64,000 bases of DNA from Calditrichia bacterium (GTDB lineage: Bacteria; Calditrichota; Calditrichia; RBG-13-44-9; J075). The notes beneath the pieces are model-generated. The model made no database searches and was not told the DNA's origin. It saw only the letters and a list, made by a program, of their open reading frames with translations. Position numbers and translations under genes: made by a program. Positions 1 through 9,714 of the stretch are shown piece by piece. The stretch lies in assembly GCA_050633245.1 (NCBI GenBank), contig JBOEGD010000011.1, forward strand, positions 224,001-288,000, read 5' to 3'. Position 1 is the stretch's first letter. Each line of letters begins with the position of its first letter.

Positions 1-8
1 AGAATGAC

Positions 9-731
9 ATGAGACCACTAAAGATGCTAACCGGAATAAGTATTGCCCTTCTTTTCCTCAGTAGCTGCGCTGAAAAGCCCGCTCCGAAAGTCGAGGCTGC
101 TCCGCTGGTCAGTGCCATTAATTCAAAGGACATTCAAAAAGCTACTTCGCCGCAGGCTGTTGTTGATGACTTGATGGCTGGTAATAAACGCTATATGAAA
201 AACGATTTAACTGCCCGCGACCTGCCGGCACAAGTTAAGGCAACAACCGGTGGACAGGCACCGAAGGCAATTGTGCTTGCCTGTGTAGATTCACGTGTTC
301 CTGTTGAAATGGCCTTTGACCAGGGAGTTGGCGATATCTTTGTTGCTCGCGTTGCCGGTAATGCCGAAAACGAGGACATCCTTGGAAGCATTGAGTATGC
401 CATGGGCGTTGCCGGATCCAAAGTGTTGATGGTTCTTGGTCACGAAAGCTGCGGCGCTGTAAAGTCCGGAATCGATAAGCTGGACGTTGGTAGCAGCAAC
501 GTAACGCATCTGCTGAATAACTTTGAGCCTGCAATTGCTGCAGTAGACGGCGAGCGCAACTCCAAGAATAAAACTTACATGGCTAACGTTGTGAAGGCAA
601 ATGTAAAGCAGACCGTCGCCGATATCCGCACCAGAAGCTCGATCATTAAAGGACTCGAAGACAGCGGTAAGGCAAAAATTGTTGGCGCATATTACAGCCT
701 GCAAGACGGTAGCGTATCCGTTGTAAACTAA
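9..731 (+). CDS. Beta-class carbonic anhydrase, predicted lipoprotein
   Basis: Zn-binding motifs CVDSRV and GHESCGAV, GDIFVARVAGN; N-terminal lipobox-like LSSC. Confidence 0.93.
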   Translation: MRPLKMLTGISIALLFLSSCAEKPAPKVEAAPLVSAINSKDIQKATSPQAVVDDLMAGNKRYMKNDLTARDLPAQVKATTGGQAPKAIVLACVDSRVPVEMAFDQGVGDIFVARVAGNAENEDILGSIEYAMGVAGSKVLMVLGHESCGAVKSGIDKLDVGSSNVTHLLNNFEPAIAAVDGERNSKNKTYMANVVKANVKQTVADIRTRSSIIKGLEDSGKAKIVGAYYSLQDGSVSVVN

Positions 732-761
732 GCTGCTTTTAATATTTGTAATATATCTTTT

Positions 762-796
762 AAGGTCCGGGGACAATTTGTTCTCGGACCTTTTTT
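762..796 (+). terminator. Rho-independent terminator
   Basis: AAGGTCCGGGGACAA/TTGTTCTCGGACCTT stem followed by a T-run, just after the carbonic anhydrase gene. Confidence 0.75.
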
Positions 797-957
797 CTTA
801 CAGCATTATTCAATCTACCGCATAATCTGTTCACCGTTCACCGTTCAAAAAAATAACGCTAATTTTAATTTCTTTCAGCAAAATTAAAAAAGTGCATAAT
901 ATCTAAGTATCCTGTGCTGTCCATTATGTTTAGTAAACTTGTTGGAGAGGGATAGAT

Positions 958-2058
958 ATGTATGCTTTTATGATAAGAAACAGATGCGTCTATAGCATTT
1001 GGATCTATTGTGCATCTCTTTTTCTGTTCCTTGCTTTAGCCTCATGCTCTGATAATTCTACATCTCCGGTAGGGGAGGATGGCTATAAGCTTGTGCATTA
1101 TTCGGGCGAAATCAACTTTTCCGGCGAGCTAAATCTGTTAGATCCATTTAGTGGAAATACGAAGAAACTTGGTGGTGTTTTCGCTACTGCCCGAAAAGCA
1201 GTGTTCTCGCCTAATGGGGAATTTGTTTTAGCAATTAACACATCACGCCCATCAACTTCAAGCCCGCTTTATGTCTCTGAGCCTTCCGGGGAAAATCCCG
1301 TCGTTGTTCCAGGCAGTGAGGGCGTTTCCCTTGCAAATTTTTCGTCAGACGGAAATTATGTCGCATTTCTTAATCTCTACCAACTCAGCATTCATAATCG
1401 AACTACCGGGGAAACCAATCTGATTGAGTTAGGCACGCTCGATCCGGATATTTTTGATCTGCCCGCCTGGTTTCCTGATCGAAATACATTTGTTGTATTG
1501 GTTACTGAATCACCCTCTTCCTCACTACCGTTTTTTATTGAATATGATCCAGCCACAAAAACCTACGAGCAGATTTCTGACAGCCTTACTTCTTGTTCAG
1601 AAATATCCACCTCACCGGATGGACGCTTCCTGATGTATGTAAGTCGTAGCAGGCTTAATTCTGAAACGCGCTATGCTATCCAACGCTTGAATATTAGTGA
1701 GCGTCAACCACAAGTGTTGTTGGATTGTGGCAAACGCCGCATTTTTAACATAGCGATTTCTCCAAATGGTGAATGGATATCCTTTTTGCATGAGACTAAA
1801 AAAGGATATCGATATTATGAGCTCTTCTTAATGCGTTCTGATGGGACAGAATTGCGACAACTAACCGATCTGACAAGTGACCTGGAACAGCCTGTGTGGC
1901 GTCCCGATAGCGAAGGTATCGCTTATCTAAGTCAGTTTGAACTCGCTGGTAGAAAAATTTATTACTACAATTTGAATACCGGCAGAAACAGCGTGTTGTT
2001 GAATGCCACTTACATTGACTTTCAGACGTGGGTTCCTTTGATTACTGAAGGATTTTAA
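958..2058 (+). CDS. TolB-like (PD40) beta-propeller lipoprotein, paralog 1
   Basis: Lipobox LASC; repeated SP(N/D)G blade motifs; C-terminal PVWRPD. Confidence 0.8.
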   Translation: MYAFMIRNRCVYSIWIYCASLFLFLALASCSDNSTSPVGEDGYKLVHYSGEINFSGELNLLDPFSGNTKKLGGVFATARKAVFSPNGEFVLAINTSRPSTSSPLYVSEPSGENPVVVPGSEGVSLANFSSDGNYVAFLNLYQLSIHNRTTGETNLIELGTLDPDIFDLPAWFPDRNTFVVLVTESPSSSLPFFIEYDPATKTYEQISDSLTSCSEISTSPDGRFLMYVSRSRLNSETRYAIQRLNISERQPQVLLDCGKRRIFNIAISPNGEWISFLHETKKGYRYYELFLMRSDGTELRQLTDLTSDLEQPVWRPDSEGIAYLSQFELAGRKIYYYNLNTGRNSVLLNATYIDFQTWVPLITEGF

Positions 2059-2075
2059 GAGAGGCCTGGAAAAAC

Positions 2076-3149
2076 ATGAAAAATTACCTTGTTCATTTTG
2101 CACATATTTCTCGGCGTTTTATTCTATGCATAGGCAGCTTGTTGTTAGTCATATCGGTAATTGCTTGCAGCGATAGTGGAACAGAACCTGACAACTCCAT
2201 GTCGTATAAAATTCTGTTTCAAGGAAAGAAAACGACTGATGACCCGTGGCTAACCTATGAATTTAATCCGGCACTGGATACTTTCAGGAAAGTGACAAAG
2301 TCATTCGTCAGCACCCGCTCAGCATCATATTCACCTGACGGCACGCGCTTGCTGATTAATGGTAAAATGAACCTTTCTGAACCGTTGCGTCTATATTTGG
2401 TGAATCGATCAGACTCAGAAGCTCAAGTCGTTGATCAAACCGAAGAGGTGCGATTTCCAGCCTGGTCGCATGATAGCCAGCTAATTAGTTACTATAAACA
2501 GCGATATTTTGTGCACAACCTGGCCTCTGGCGCTGTAGATGAGGTGGCACCAGGCATCGACTATGATCCGGATCCATTTGCATGGAGTCCGCTTGAGAAC
2601 CGTCTTTTATTGAATGGGCTTTCCTTAAACGATCAATATTCCTTTTTGTTTGAATATGATGTGGAAACACAGAGCACGAATCGAATATCAGATACGCTGA
2701 GCTATGGAAGTGATCTTGTCTATTCTCCGGATGGTGGATCTGTAACTTTTGTCCATACATTTAAAAATCTGTGGCAAGTTTTGCAGTTAACAATTGGCCA
2801 GTCGAGTCCGGATACGTTGTTGGGACGTGACGGAATAATTACCGAATTGTCAGACCCTTGCTATTCCCCGGATGGAATTTGGATGGCCTTTACGTTCGGT
2901 GCCAGATCTGGTGATTTGTGGCTTCAGCATGTAACAACCGGAGAAACTCGAAATATCGGAGATCTGCCGGGCTCAGTGTTATACGCTGCCTGGCGCCCTG
3001 ATGGTGCGGGCATTGCCTTTATCGAGAAAGAATTCCTCTCAAAAACGCCACATCTTTATTACTACAGTTTGGCAGACGATACACTGATAAAGTTGTTTTC
3101 TCAATATCAAGTGAGTTCATTCTGCTGGTCGCCTGAGCCCGAGAATTAA
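2076..3149 (+). CDS. TolB-like (PD40) beta-propeller lipoprotein, paralog 2
   Basis: Lipobox VIAC; YSPDG and WSP repeats; AAWRPDG. Confidence 0.8.
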   Translation: MKNYLVHFAHISRRFILCIGSLLLVISVIACSDSGTEPDNSMSYKILFQGKKTTDDPWLTYEFNPALDTFRKVTKSFVSTRSASYSPDGTRLLINGKMNLSEPLRLYLVNRSDSEAQVVDQTEEVRFPAWSHDSQLISYYKQRYFVHNLASGAVDEVAPGIDYDPDPFAWSPLENRLLLNGLSLNDQYSFLFEYDVETQSTNRISDTLSYGSDLVYSPDGGSVTFVHTFKNLWQVLQLTIGQSSPDTLLGRDGIITELSDPCYSPDGIWMAFTFGARSGDLWLQHVTTGETRNIGDLPGSVLYAAWRPDGAGIAFIEKEFLSKTPHLYYYSLADDTLIKLFSQYQVSSFCWSPEPEN

Positions 3150-3243
3150 CAAAAATGGATACAAGGGTATTTTCTTTTAGCAGGATTTTAGAATTAGAAC
3201 TCTTAGTTGGGAACGCATTTAGACTTTTTAGTGGGAGTGTGAA

Positions 3244-4353
3244 ATGAAGAATCTGTTTAACTGTCTCCTTGTTTTTATTGTGCTCTTTTTAGGATGTTCA
3301 AGCGACCCTCAGAGTCCAACGCCAATGGATCCGGTTGACAATGGTAAAACGTATAAAGTGAGTTTTGTTGGCCGGGACAACTCGCCCGCTGGTGTTATAC
3401 TTCCCTATTTAGGTGATATTACCCTACTTGAACATCAGCTGTTTACCGACGAGTTGCCTTGGGCAAGCACTATGTCTCCGTCACCTGATGGCAATAGGGT
3501 GGCATTCGTAAGTTCTGAAACTTTGGGGTCAGTTTTTCAGATCTATCTGTCTGATGCAAGCGGGACAAATATACTGGCCCTACCCGATTCAGAATACCCA
3601 TCCCGGCATTATTGGAGCCCCAATAGTCAGGAGCTTTTGGTTGGCTTCGGCAATTCTTTGAAGTTATTTAATGCTGCTACCTTAGATTCAAGAACTCTGG
3701 AAAAAGCCGGGTTTGAGCTAATGGGTTTTACTCCGATGGCATGGGGACCTGAGTCAGACAAGATATACCTTAGAGCCAGGCCGGATTCGAACTTTTTTGA
3801 AATAAATATATTCGAACTCGATCTAAACACAGCCGCCTTTATACAATTGACTCGCATAGCTGACTCGAATGTTGGTGAGTTTTGCATTTCTGCTGATGGA
3901 AAATTCCTTTTCTATGTGACGTTCGAAATTTCCGGTGGAATCGATAAGTATACGCTTATCAAAAAGGACATTCTCTTGGGTAATGTCGATACCTTACTCA
4001 CCGCATCGGATGAGCGCGTGGTCCGTAAACCATTAGTATCTCCAGACAACCAACATATCGCATTTCAATATACGGCCAGCATCAATCCAGGTAAGCTTGA
4101 GCTCTACCTAATGAATCTGGATGGGAGCGACCTCTCAAGATTTACGTTCCTGCAAAAACACGCATTTGATCATGCCTGGCGTCCGGATAGCAAAGGTCTG
4201 GCCTTTTTCGGCCAGAAGCCGGGAGAGGAACCGGATGTGTTTTACCAAGCTCTCACGGAGAATGAGGCGGTACGGGTTTCATCAAATATGGAGCAACTCA
4301 GAACGCTCGGCTGGATGCCTTTTAAAACAGCGCCATTCGACTCTAGCGAATAA
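3244..4353 (+). CDS. TolB-like (PD40) beta-propeller lipoprotein, paralog 3
   Basis: Lipobox FLGC; SPDG, WSPN and VSPDN repeats; HAWRPD. Confidence 0.8.
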   Translation: MKNLFNCLLVFIVLFLGCSSDPQSPTPMDPVDNGKTYKVSFVGRDNSPAGVILPYLGDITLLEHQLFTDELPWASTMSPSPDGNRVAFVSSETLGSVFQIYLSDASGTNILALPDSEYPSRHYWSPNSQELLVGFGNSLKLFNAATLDSRTLEKAGFELMGFTPMAWGPESDKIYLRARPDSNFFEINIFELDLNTAAFIQLTRIADSNVGEFCISADGKFLFYVTFEISGGIDKYTLIKKDILLGNVDTLLTASDERVVRKPLVSPDNQHIAFQYTASINPGKLELYLMNLDGSDLSRFTFLQKHAFDHAWRPDSKGLAFFGQKPGEEPDVFYQALTENEAVRVSSNMEQLRTLGWMPFKTAPFDSSE

Positions 4354-4447
4354 AACTTGTGGCGTTTAACCTGGCACCACCTTCTCCAAGGCTGCACCGG
4401 GTGGTGTTTTCCATTGCATTCTTCGGTGAAAGAGCTCATCTTTCACT

Positions 4448-5278
4448 ATGAGACCTCTTTATTTCCTGACACCTCCCGATATACAGAAACTGGACTTTAG
4501 TGAACATGTCTCTCTATCACTTGATTGTGGAAAATCCTTCAGAAGTGTTTCTGTAAAAGATAGCCAGATTCGATTCAACGATGTTTCACTTCCCGTTCCG
4601 TCACTGGCACTTACAAATGAGAGAACGATCTTAATTTACAAAGATGGCGAATGGCAAAAGTGGCAACGCTTCGATGAAGAGACGAATAAATTCTACAAAA
4701 TGATCTTCGTACTCGAAGGCAAGCCGCCAACTGTAGAAATCAGCGGGATTAAGATGCACGTGACGATGGATGGACATCCCGGGCTCGATACGGAACGCAA
4801 GCTGCGTGAGCTGGGCAAGATTGAGGGCGGGGTAGTGGACATCTGTTGCGGGCTTGGTTATACCGCGCAGGCATTGGCCAGCAAGCCGGGAGTAGCGCAC
4901 GTTACGGTATTCGAGCGCGATGCAAATATGTTGGCGCTTTGTCGCGAGAACCCCTGGAGCGCCGGCCTTTGGAATAATGAAAAAATCTCGATCCACCACC
5001 AGAGTGCGGTAGATGGAATTCTTACCCTATCCGATAAGAGCTGCGCGGCAATTCTGCACGACCCACCACGCTTTGCCCTGGCCCCGGAACTATATGAGGT
5101 CGACTTTTACCGGGAATGTCGCCGCATTCTTTCAAAACGCGGGCGTATCTATCACTACACCGGAAACCCTAATCAGCATCGAAAAAAGTCGCTGCCGGAA
5201 CGCACCATTGAGCGGTTAACAGAAGCTGGATTTCGCAACGCGCGGGAAGCGTATCAGGGCGTGAAAGCAATGGCATAA
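4448..5278 (+). CDS. Class I SAM-dependent methyltransferase (COG2521-like)
   Basis: PPTVEISGIKMH, DICCGLGYTA (motif I), NPWS, HDPPRFALAPELY, YHYTGNP. Confidence 0.8.
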   Translation: MRPLYFLTPPDIQKLDFSEHVSLSLDCGKSFRSVSVKDSQIRFNDVSLPVPSLALTNERTILIYKDGEWQKWQRFDEETNKFYKMIFVLEGKPPTVEISGIKMHVTMDGHPGLDTERKLRELGKIEGGVVDICCGLGYTAQALASKPGVAHVTVFERDANMLALCRENPWSAGLWNNEKISIHHQSAVDGILTLSDKSCAAILHDPPRFALAPELYEVDFYRECRRILSKRGRIYHYTGNPNQHRKKSLPERTIERLTEAGFRNAREAYQGVKAMA

Positions 5279-5348
5279 CGCCCGGCATTATCTCTGTTTC
5301 CAAATATTGCCCGCTTTTATCTACCGTTTTCGATTCTTATATTGCTGC

Positions 5349-7751
5349 ATGTCTGATAATCTCAAGTTCAACTACATACTTCGTGGCGTTGCCGGCATCC
5401 TATTGTCTTCACTGGGACTACTGCTCTTTTATTTCGCTCCGCACAGTAAAGCCATGCGCTTCGATGTTCCTGTAGAGGAACTTGTCGCAAAAGCAGATGC
5501 TGTTTTGAGTAAATCAACTCTTGCTGAATACAACCTCCCACGTCATGTACGTGTCGATCATAATGAAAGCCTTTCTCGCTATGCTCAAGTGCATGATCGC
5601 GACAGCGACAGGCATCAGTATTCGCCAATTCTAATAAGTGTTCTTTACCAGAAAAGCCTGGAAATTGAGTTCGAAGATAGCGGAATTCGAATATCAAGCG
5701 ATACGGATAAAGATGCCAAGCTAAGGCTGACTTACGATGCCAATGGTGTCCTTCGAGGATTCGTTTATCAAAATCCACTTAGTGTCGATTCGTCAAAAGT
5801 GAGCGATGGGGAAGCCCTTGAAATTGCAAACCTCTTTCTACAGCTAAACGGATTCGATTTTCAATTGAATCGGGATCATGAGGAAGTTCGCGATATAAAA
5901 CGCGGCGTGCAGAGCATCAAATACGTTCACGAAATGCCAATTTCTGATGCACTTGTTAGCAAGTATTCCTTAAAGCTAATAGGGAAGAAGGTTGCCAGTT
6001 TTGAGAACAAGGTCTCCATTAGTAATCCTGCGCTAAAAAAAGGTGAGTTGATGGACACTGCCAATACCGGCGTGTTTCTTGTTACACTACTCGTTTGGCT
6101 GTTCTTCTTTGTGGTGATGATGATTCAGTTTTTTCGCCGCATGAAGCACGAAGAAATTGAATTTAGACGAGCATTCTGGGTCGGCTTGCTGTTTGGCCTG
6201 TTTATCTTTCTTGCAATTTATGCCAGCACTGGTTTTGAGTGGGACGGTTTACTAGGAGGTTTCTTTGGTGGTGGCTTCTTTGGTGGATTGGTCATGTTGA
6301 TGTTTGCCGTTTCGGATGCCTATGGCCGCGACCATGATCCCGATAAGATTGCCCTTTCAGATTTATTGCTTCAGGGACATGTCCGGATCCGCGAGACCGG
6401 TTACGCAATTCTTAACGGCCTTTGGATTGCAGGCATTACGTTTCTGGCCGCAGCGCTAGTCGCTTTTATACTCGAACAATTGCAGATTAGTTACTTTGTG
6501 TTTAAGGATGAAGATCAATGGATCTTTGCAGACGGGCTCAATGCATTACAGGCACTTGACGAGTGGCTGCCAAATGCGGCGATGACCACACTCACTGCTC
6601 TTTTGTTTGCACCTCTCTATTTAAGAAACCAGTTGAAGAATTCGAAGGTGCTGACGGCGGTAATAAGTATAGTCTTTGCGCTGCTTGGCCTGCACCTCTT
6701 TCAATACGAGCCAACGTGGATATCTGTTTTAGCGACGCTCCCACTGGCGTGGTATTGGGCAAAACTTGTTTTCAAATACGAGCTGGTTACTCTGTTTGTT
6801 GGGCTGCTAATGACGAGCCTTTACTTCAGTCTTTCTGCCATTCGTTTTGTGCCGGATGGATATTCGAATATCGTCTTTGTCGCTGGAAGTGTTATTGTGG
6901 TGCTCTTGTTTGCAGCCGGTATATTCTTCTCCTTCAGCGATCGCGGCATCAGCGATTATAAACACTACATTCCGCCTTACGTTAGTATGATGGCCGAAAA
7001 GCAGCGCATTTTTAACGAGCTTGAAGTTGCGCGAAATATACAGTCGCGCTTTTTACCGCAGGAAAATCCCAGCGTGCCCGGTCTTGATATTGCCAGTATT
7101 TGTCGTCCCGCGATGGAAGTGGGGGGAGACTACTACGATTTTGTGCATGTCAATAATGATCTTCACGTGATCGTAGGCGACGTGTCGGGTAAAGGCGTGT
7201 CGGCTGCTTTTTATATGACGATGACAAAGGGAATTGTTAAAACACTTGCCAAGTCTATTCGAAATCCCGCTAAAATGTTGAGCGAGATTAACGAAGTCTT
7301 CTACAAAAACACGCCACGCAATATCTTCATTAGTTTACTCTACGGCGTGTTCGATATGGAAAAACGCGAGTTGTGCTTTGCGCGAGGAGGTCATAACCCG
7401 CTGCTGGTCAGAAAAAAAAGTGACGGTAGTACGCTATTTCTTACGCCCGGTGGACTTGCTATTGGGTTGGATAATGGCGACGTATTTAATGAGGTCATTC
7501 AGGAAGAAAGTATTCCTTTCCTTCCGGGAGATCTGTTTGTCTTCTACACGGATGGTATTTCTGAGTCCATGAACGCGCAGGATGAAGAATTCGGCGATGA
7601 GCGTTTATCAGAAGTGCTGAACAAGTGTGTTGCAGAATCCGCCGCTGAAGCAATGGAAAAGATAAATAGCGCAATTGGGGAGTTTACCGGAGACACCGCA
7701 CAGCACGATGATTTTACCATGGTTATCGTTAAAATTGATGAAAAACTTTAA
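5349..7751 (+). CDS. Multi-TM sensor with C-terminal SpoIIE/RsbU PP2C phosphatase
   Basis: VGGDYYD, GDVSGKG, GGHNP, YTDGISE, HDDFT motifs; many hydrophobic helices; ATG 5349 preferred over TTG 5307. Confidence 0.9.
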   Translation: MSDNLKFNYILRGVAGILLSSLGLLLFYFAPHSKAMRFDVPVEELVAKADAVLSKSTLAEYNLPRHVRVDHNESLSRYAQVHDRDSDRHQYSPILISVLYQKSLEIEFEDSGIRISSDTDKDAKLRLTYDANGVLRGFVYQNPLSVDSSKVSDGEALEIANLFLQLNGFDFQLNRDHEEVRDIKRGVQSIKYVHEMPISDALVSKYSLKLIGKKVASFENKVSISNPALKKGELMDTANTGVFLVTLLVWLFFFVVMMIQFFRRMKHEEIEFRRAFWVGLLFGLFIFLAIYASTGFEWDGLLGGFFGGGFFGGLVMLMFAVSDAYGRDHDPDKIALSDLLLQGHVRIRETGYAILNGLWIAGITFLAAALVAFILEQLQISYFVFKDEDQWIFADGLNALQALDEWLPNAAMTTLTALLFAPLYLRNQLKNSKVLTAVISIVFALLGLHLFQYEPTWISVLATLPLAWYWAKLVFKYELVTLFVGLLMTSLYFSLSAIRFVPDGYSNIVFVAGSVIVVLLFAAGIFFSFSDRGISDYKHYIPPYVSMMAEKQRIFNELEVARNIQSRFLPQENPSVPGLDIASICRPAMEVGGDYYDFVHVNNDLHVIVGDVSGKGVSAAFYMTMTKGIVKTLAKSIRNPAKMLSEINEVFYKNTPRNIFISLLYGVFDMEKRELCFARGGHNPLLVRKKSDGSTLFLTPGGLAIGLDNGDVFNEVIQEESIPFLPGDLFVFYTDGISESMNAQDEEFGDERLSEVLNKCVAESAAEAMEKINSAIGEFTGDTAQHDDFTMVIVKIDEKL

Positions 7752-7878
7752 GGTCAAAGGTCAATAATTCCCGACGTGTCGGGACTTCCGCTTCGCTACA
7801 GCTGAGTTGAAAGTTCTGAGTTAAAAGTTTACTGCTCAATAAGCAATTATCACTAATCAATTATCATTCATCAATCAT

Positions 7879-9000
7879 ATGATCTATCTCGATTACAATG
7901 CCACAACACCAATTGACCCACGAGTTGCTGAGGCGATGCGTCCATTTTTGGACTCTCATTTTGGCAATCCATCGAGTGGGCACGCCCTGGGAAAGCAGGC
8001 CAGAGCGGCTGTGGACAATGCGCGTGAGCAGGTAGCAGCCTGTATTGGTGCAAAGCCGGAGGAAATCTATTTTACCGGTGGTGGCAGTGAGTCAAATAAT
8101 CTTGCACTTAAAGGTTCTATTGCAGCATCTGAATATACTAAGCCTCATTTAATAACGTCTGTCTTTGAACATCCCGCGATTAGCGAGGTGTGCGATTATC
8201 TCGAAACGAAAAACGATGTCGACGTTACCCGTGTTGAGGTAGATAAGCATGGAATCGTTGATATAGTTCAGATTGAGCAGGCAATTACGGCAAATACTGT
8301 AGTGATAAGCGTTATGCATGCGAACAATGAAATTGGCTCTGTGCAACCAATTGACGATATTGCAAAGATTGCAAGAGAATGCGATGTCCTGCTGCACAGC
8401 GATGCTGCACAGTCTATCGGAAAAATTGAAGTTGATGTCAACAAACTGGATGTAGACATGTTAACGATTGCCGGGCATAAATTGTATACACACAAGGGTA
8501 TCGGTGCACTGTATGTCCGCACAGGCGTTACGTTGGAAAAACAAATACACGGTGCTTCACACGAGCGAAATCTGCGTGCGGGAACCGAAAATGTGCTGCA
8601 GATTGTTGGGCTGGGAAAAGCGTGCGAGCTGATTCGTCTGGGACAGAATGAAGAGGAGCAGCGTCTTGGAATACTGCGTGATACGCTCTGGCGATTGCTA
8701 AAGCAAAACATTGATGGAATAAAGCGCAATGGGCATCCGGAAGACATCTTGCCGAATACATTGAGTATTATTTTGCCCGGTATAACAGCAGAATCCATGT
8801 TTGCAATGTTGCCGAATATTGCTGCCTCAGCAGGCGCGGCCTGCCATAGCGGCGAAACGGCAATGTCCGATACGCTGAAGGCCATCGGCTTAACTCCCGA
8901 TGAAGCAAGTGGAACCGTGCGTTTTTCGATTGGACGGATGACAACAGAAGACGAGGTGAGTCAAGCAGCTTCAGAAATCATCAAGGCATGGGAAAGATAA
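7879..9000 (+). CDS. Cysteine desulfurase / selenocysteine lyase-like class V PLP enzyme
   Basis: IYLDYNATTP, FGNPSS, HANNEIG, DAAQ, GHK (PLP lysine), AGTEN, SAGAACHSG. Confidence 0.92.
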   Translation: MIYLDYNATTPIDPRVAEAMRPFLDSHFGNPSSGHALGKQARAAVDNAREQVAACIGAKPEEIYFTGGGSESNNLALKGSIAASEYTKPHLITSVFEHPAISEVCDYLETKNDVDVTRVEVDKHGIVDIVQIEQAITANTVVISVMHANNEIGSVQPIDDIAKIARECDVLLHSDAAQSIGKIEVDVNKLDVDMLTIAGHKLYTHKGIGALYVRTGVTLEKQIHGASHERNLRAGTENVLQIVGLGKACELIRLGQNEEEQRLGILRDTLWRLLKQNIDGIKRNGHPEDILPNTLSIILPGITAESMFAMLPNIAASAGAACHSGETAMSDTLKAIGLTPDEASGTVRFSIGRMTTEDEVSQAASEIIKAWER

Positions 9001-9007
9001 AAACATT

Positions 9008-9679
9008 ATGATTGAAGCTGTAATATTTGATATGGATGGATTGCTAATCGATTCGGAGCCGTTTTGGCAAGATGCCGAGATGAAGGTGTTTAGCGACATT
9101 GGCTTTCAGTTGACGCGTGAGATGTGTAAAGAAACCACCGGACTACGCATTGATGAGGTCGTTGCGCACTATCATCGACAGCAAAGGTGGGATCTCGGTC
9201 GCTGGTCTTTGGCAAGCGTATCGAATGCCATTGTCGATGAAGTTATTGCTGCGGTGAACAATGAGGGACAGCCTTTGCCCGGTGTGCAGCAGGCGATTGA
9301 AATGTGTGTACAGCAGAATAAGCCATTGGCACTGGCGTCTTCCTCAAACTTAAGATTGATTGAAGCCGTGCTGAAGCATTTGAATATTACCGAGTTTTTT
9401 TCTGTTGTTCATTCTGCTGAATTTGAAACCTATGGCAAGCCCCATCCGTCTACCTTTTTAACGACGGCCGAAAAGATGAAAAAACATCCCACGGAGTGTC
9501 TGGTTTTTGAAGATTCTTTAAATGGCGTTATTGCAGCAAAGGCTGCGCGAATGATATGTATTGCAATACCGGAAGCTGAATCACCACATAAAGATAAACT
9601 TTCTGTCGCGGACGTTATTCTTCACTCACTTGAAGAATTCGATGAATCGCTTTGGCAGACATTAAATCAGCACTCTTAA
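9008..9679 (+). CDS. HAD-family phosphatase, HxpB/YniC-like
   Basis: DMDGLLIDSEPFW, GKPHP, FEDS.NG motifs. Confidence 0.88.
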   Translation: MIEAVIFDMDGLLIDSEPFWQDAEMKVFSDIGFQLTREMCKETTGLRIDEVVAHYHRQQRWDLGRWSLASVSNAIVDEVIAAVNNEGQPLPGVQQAIEMCVQQNKPLALASSSNLRLIEAVLKHLNITEFFSVVHSAEFETYGKPHPSTFLTTAEKMKKHPTECLVFEDSLNGVIAAKAARMICIAIPEAESPHKDKLSVADVILHSLEEFDESLWQTLNQHS

Positions 9680-9714
9680 CTCATCAATTATCAATTGTTT
9701 CTTTTGGAGGAGAA

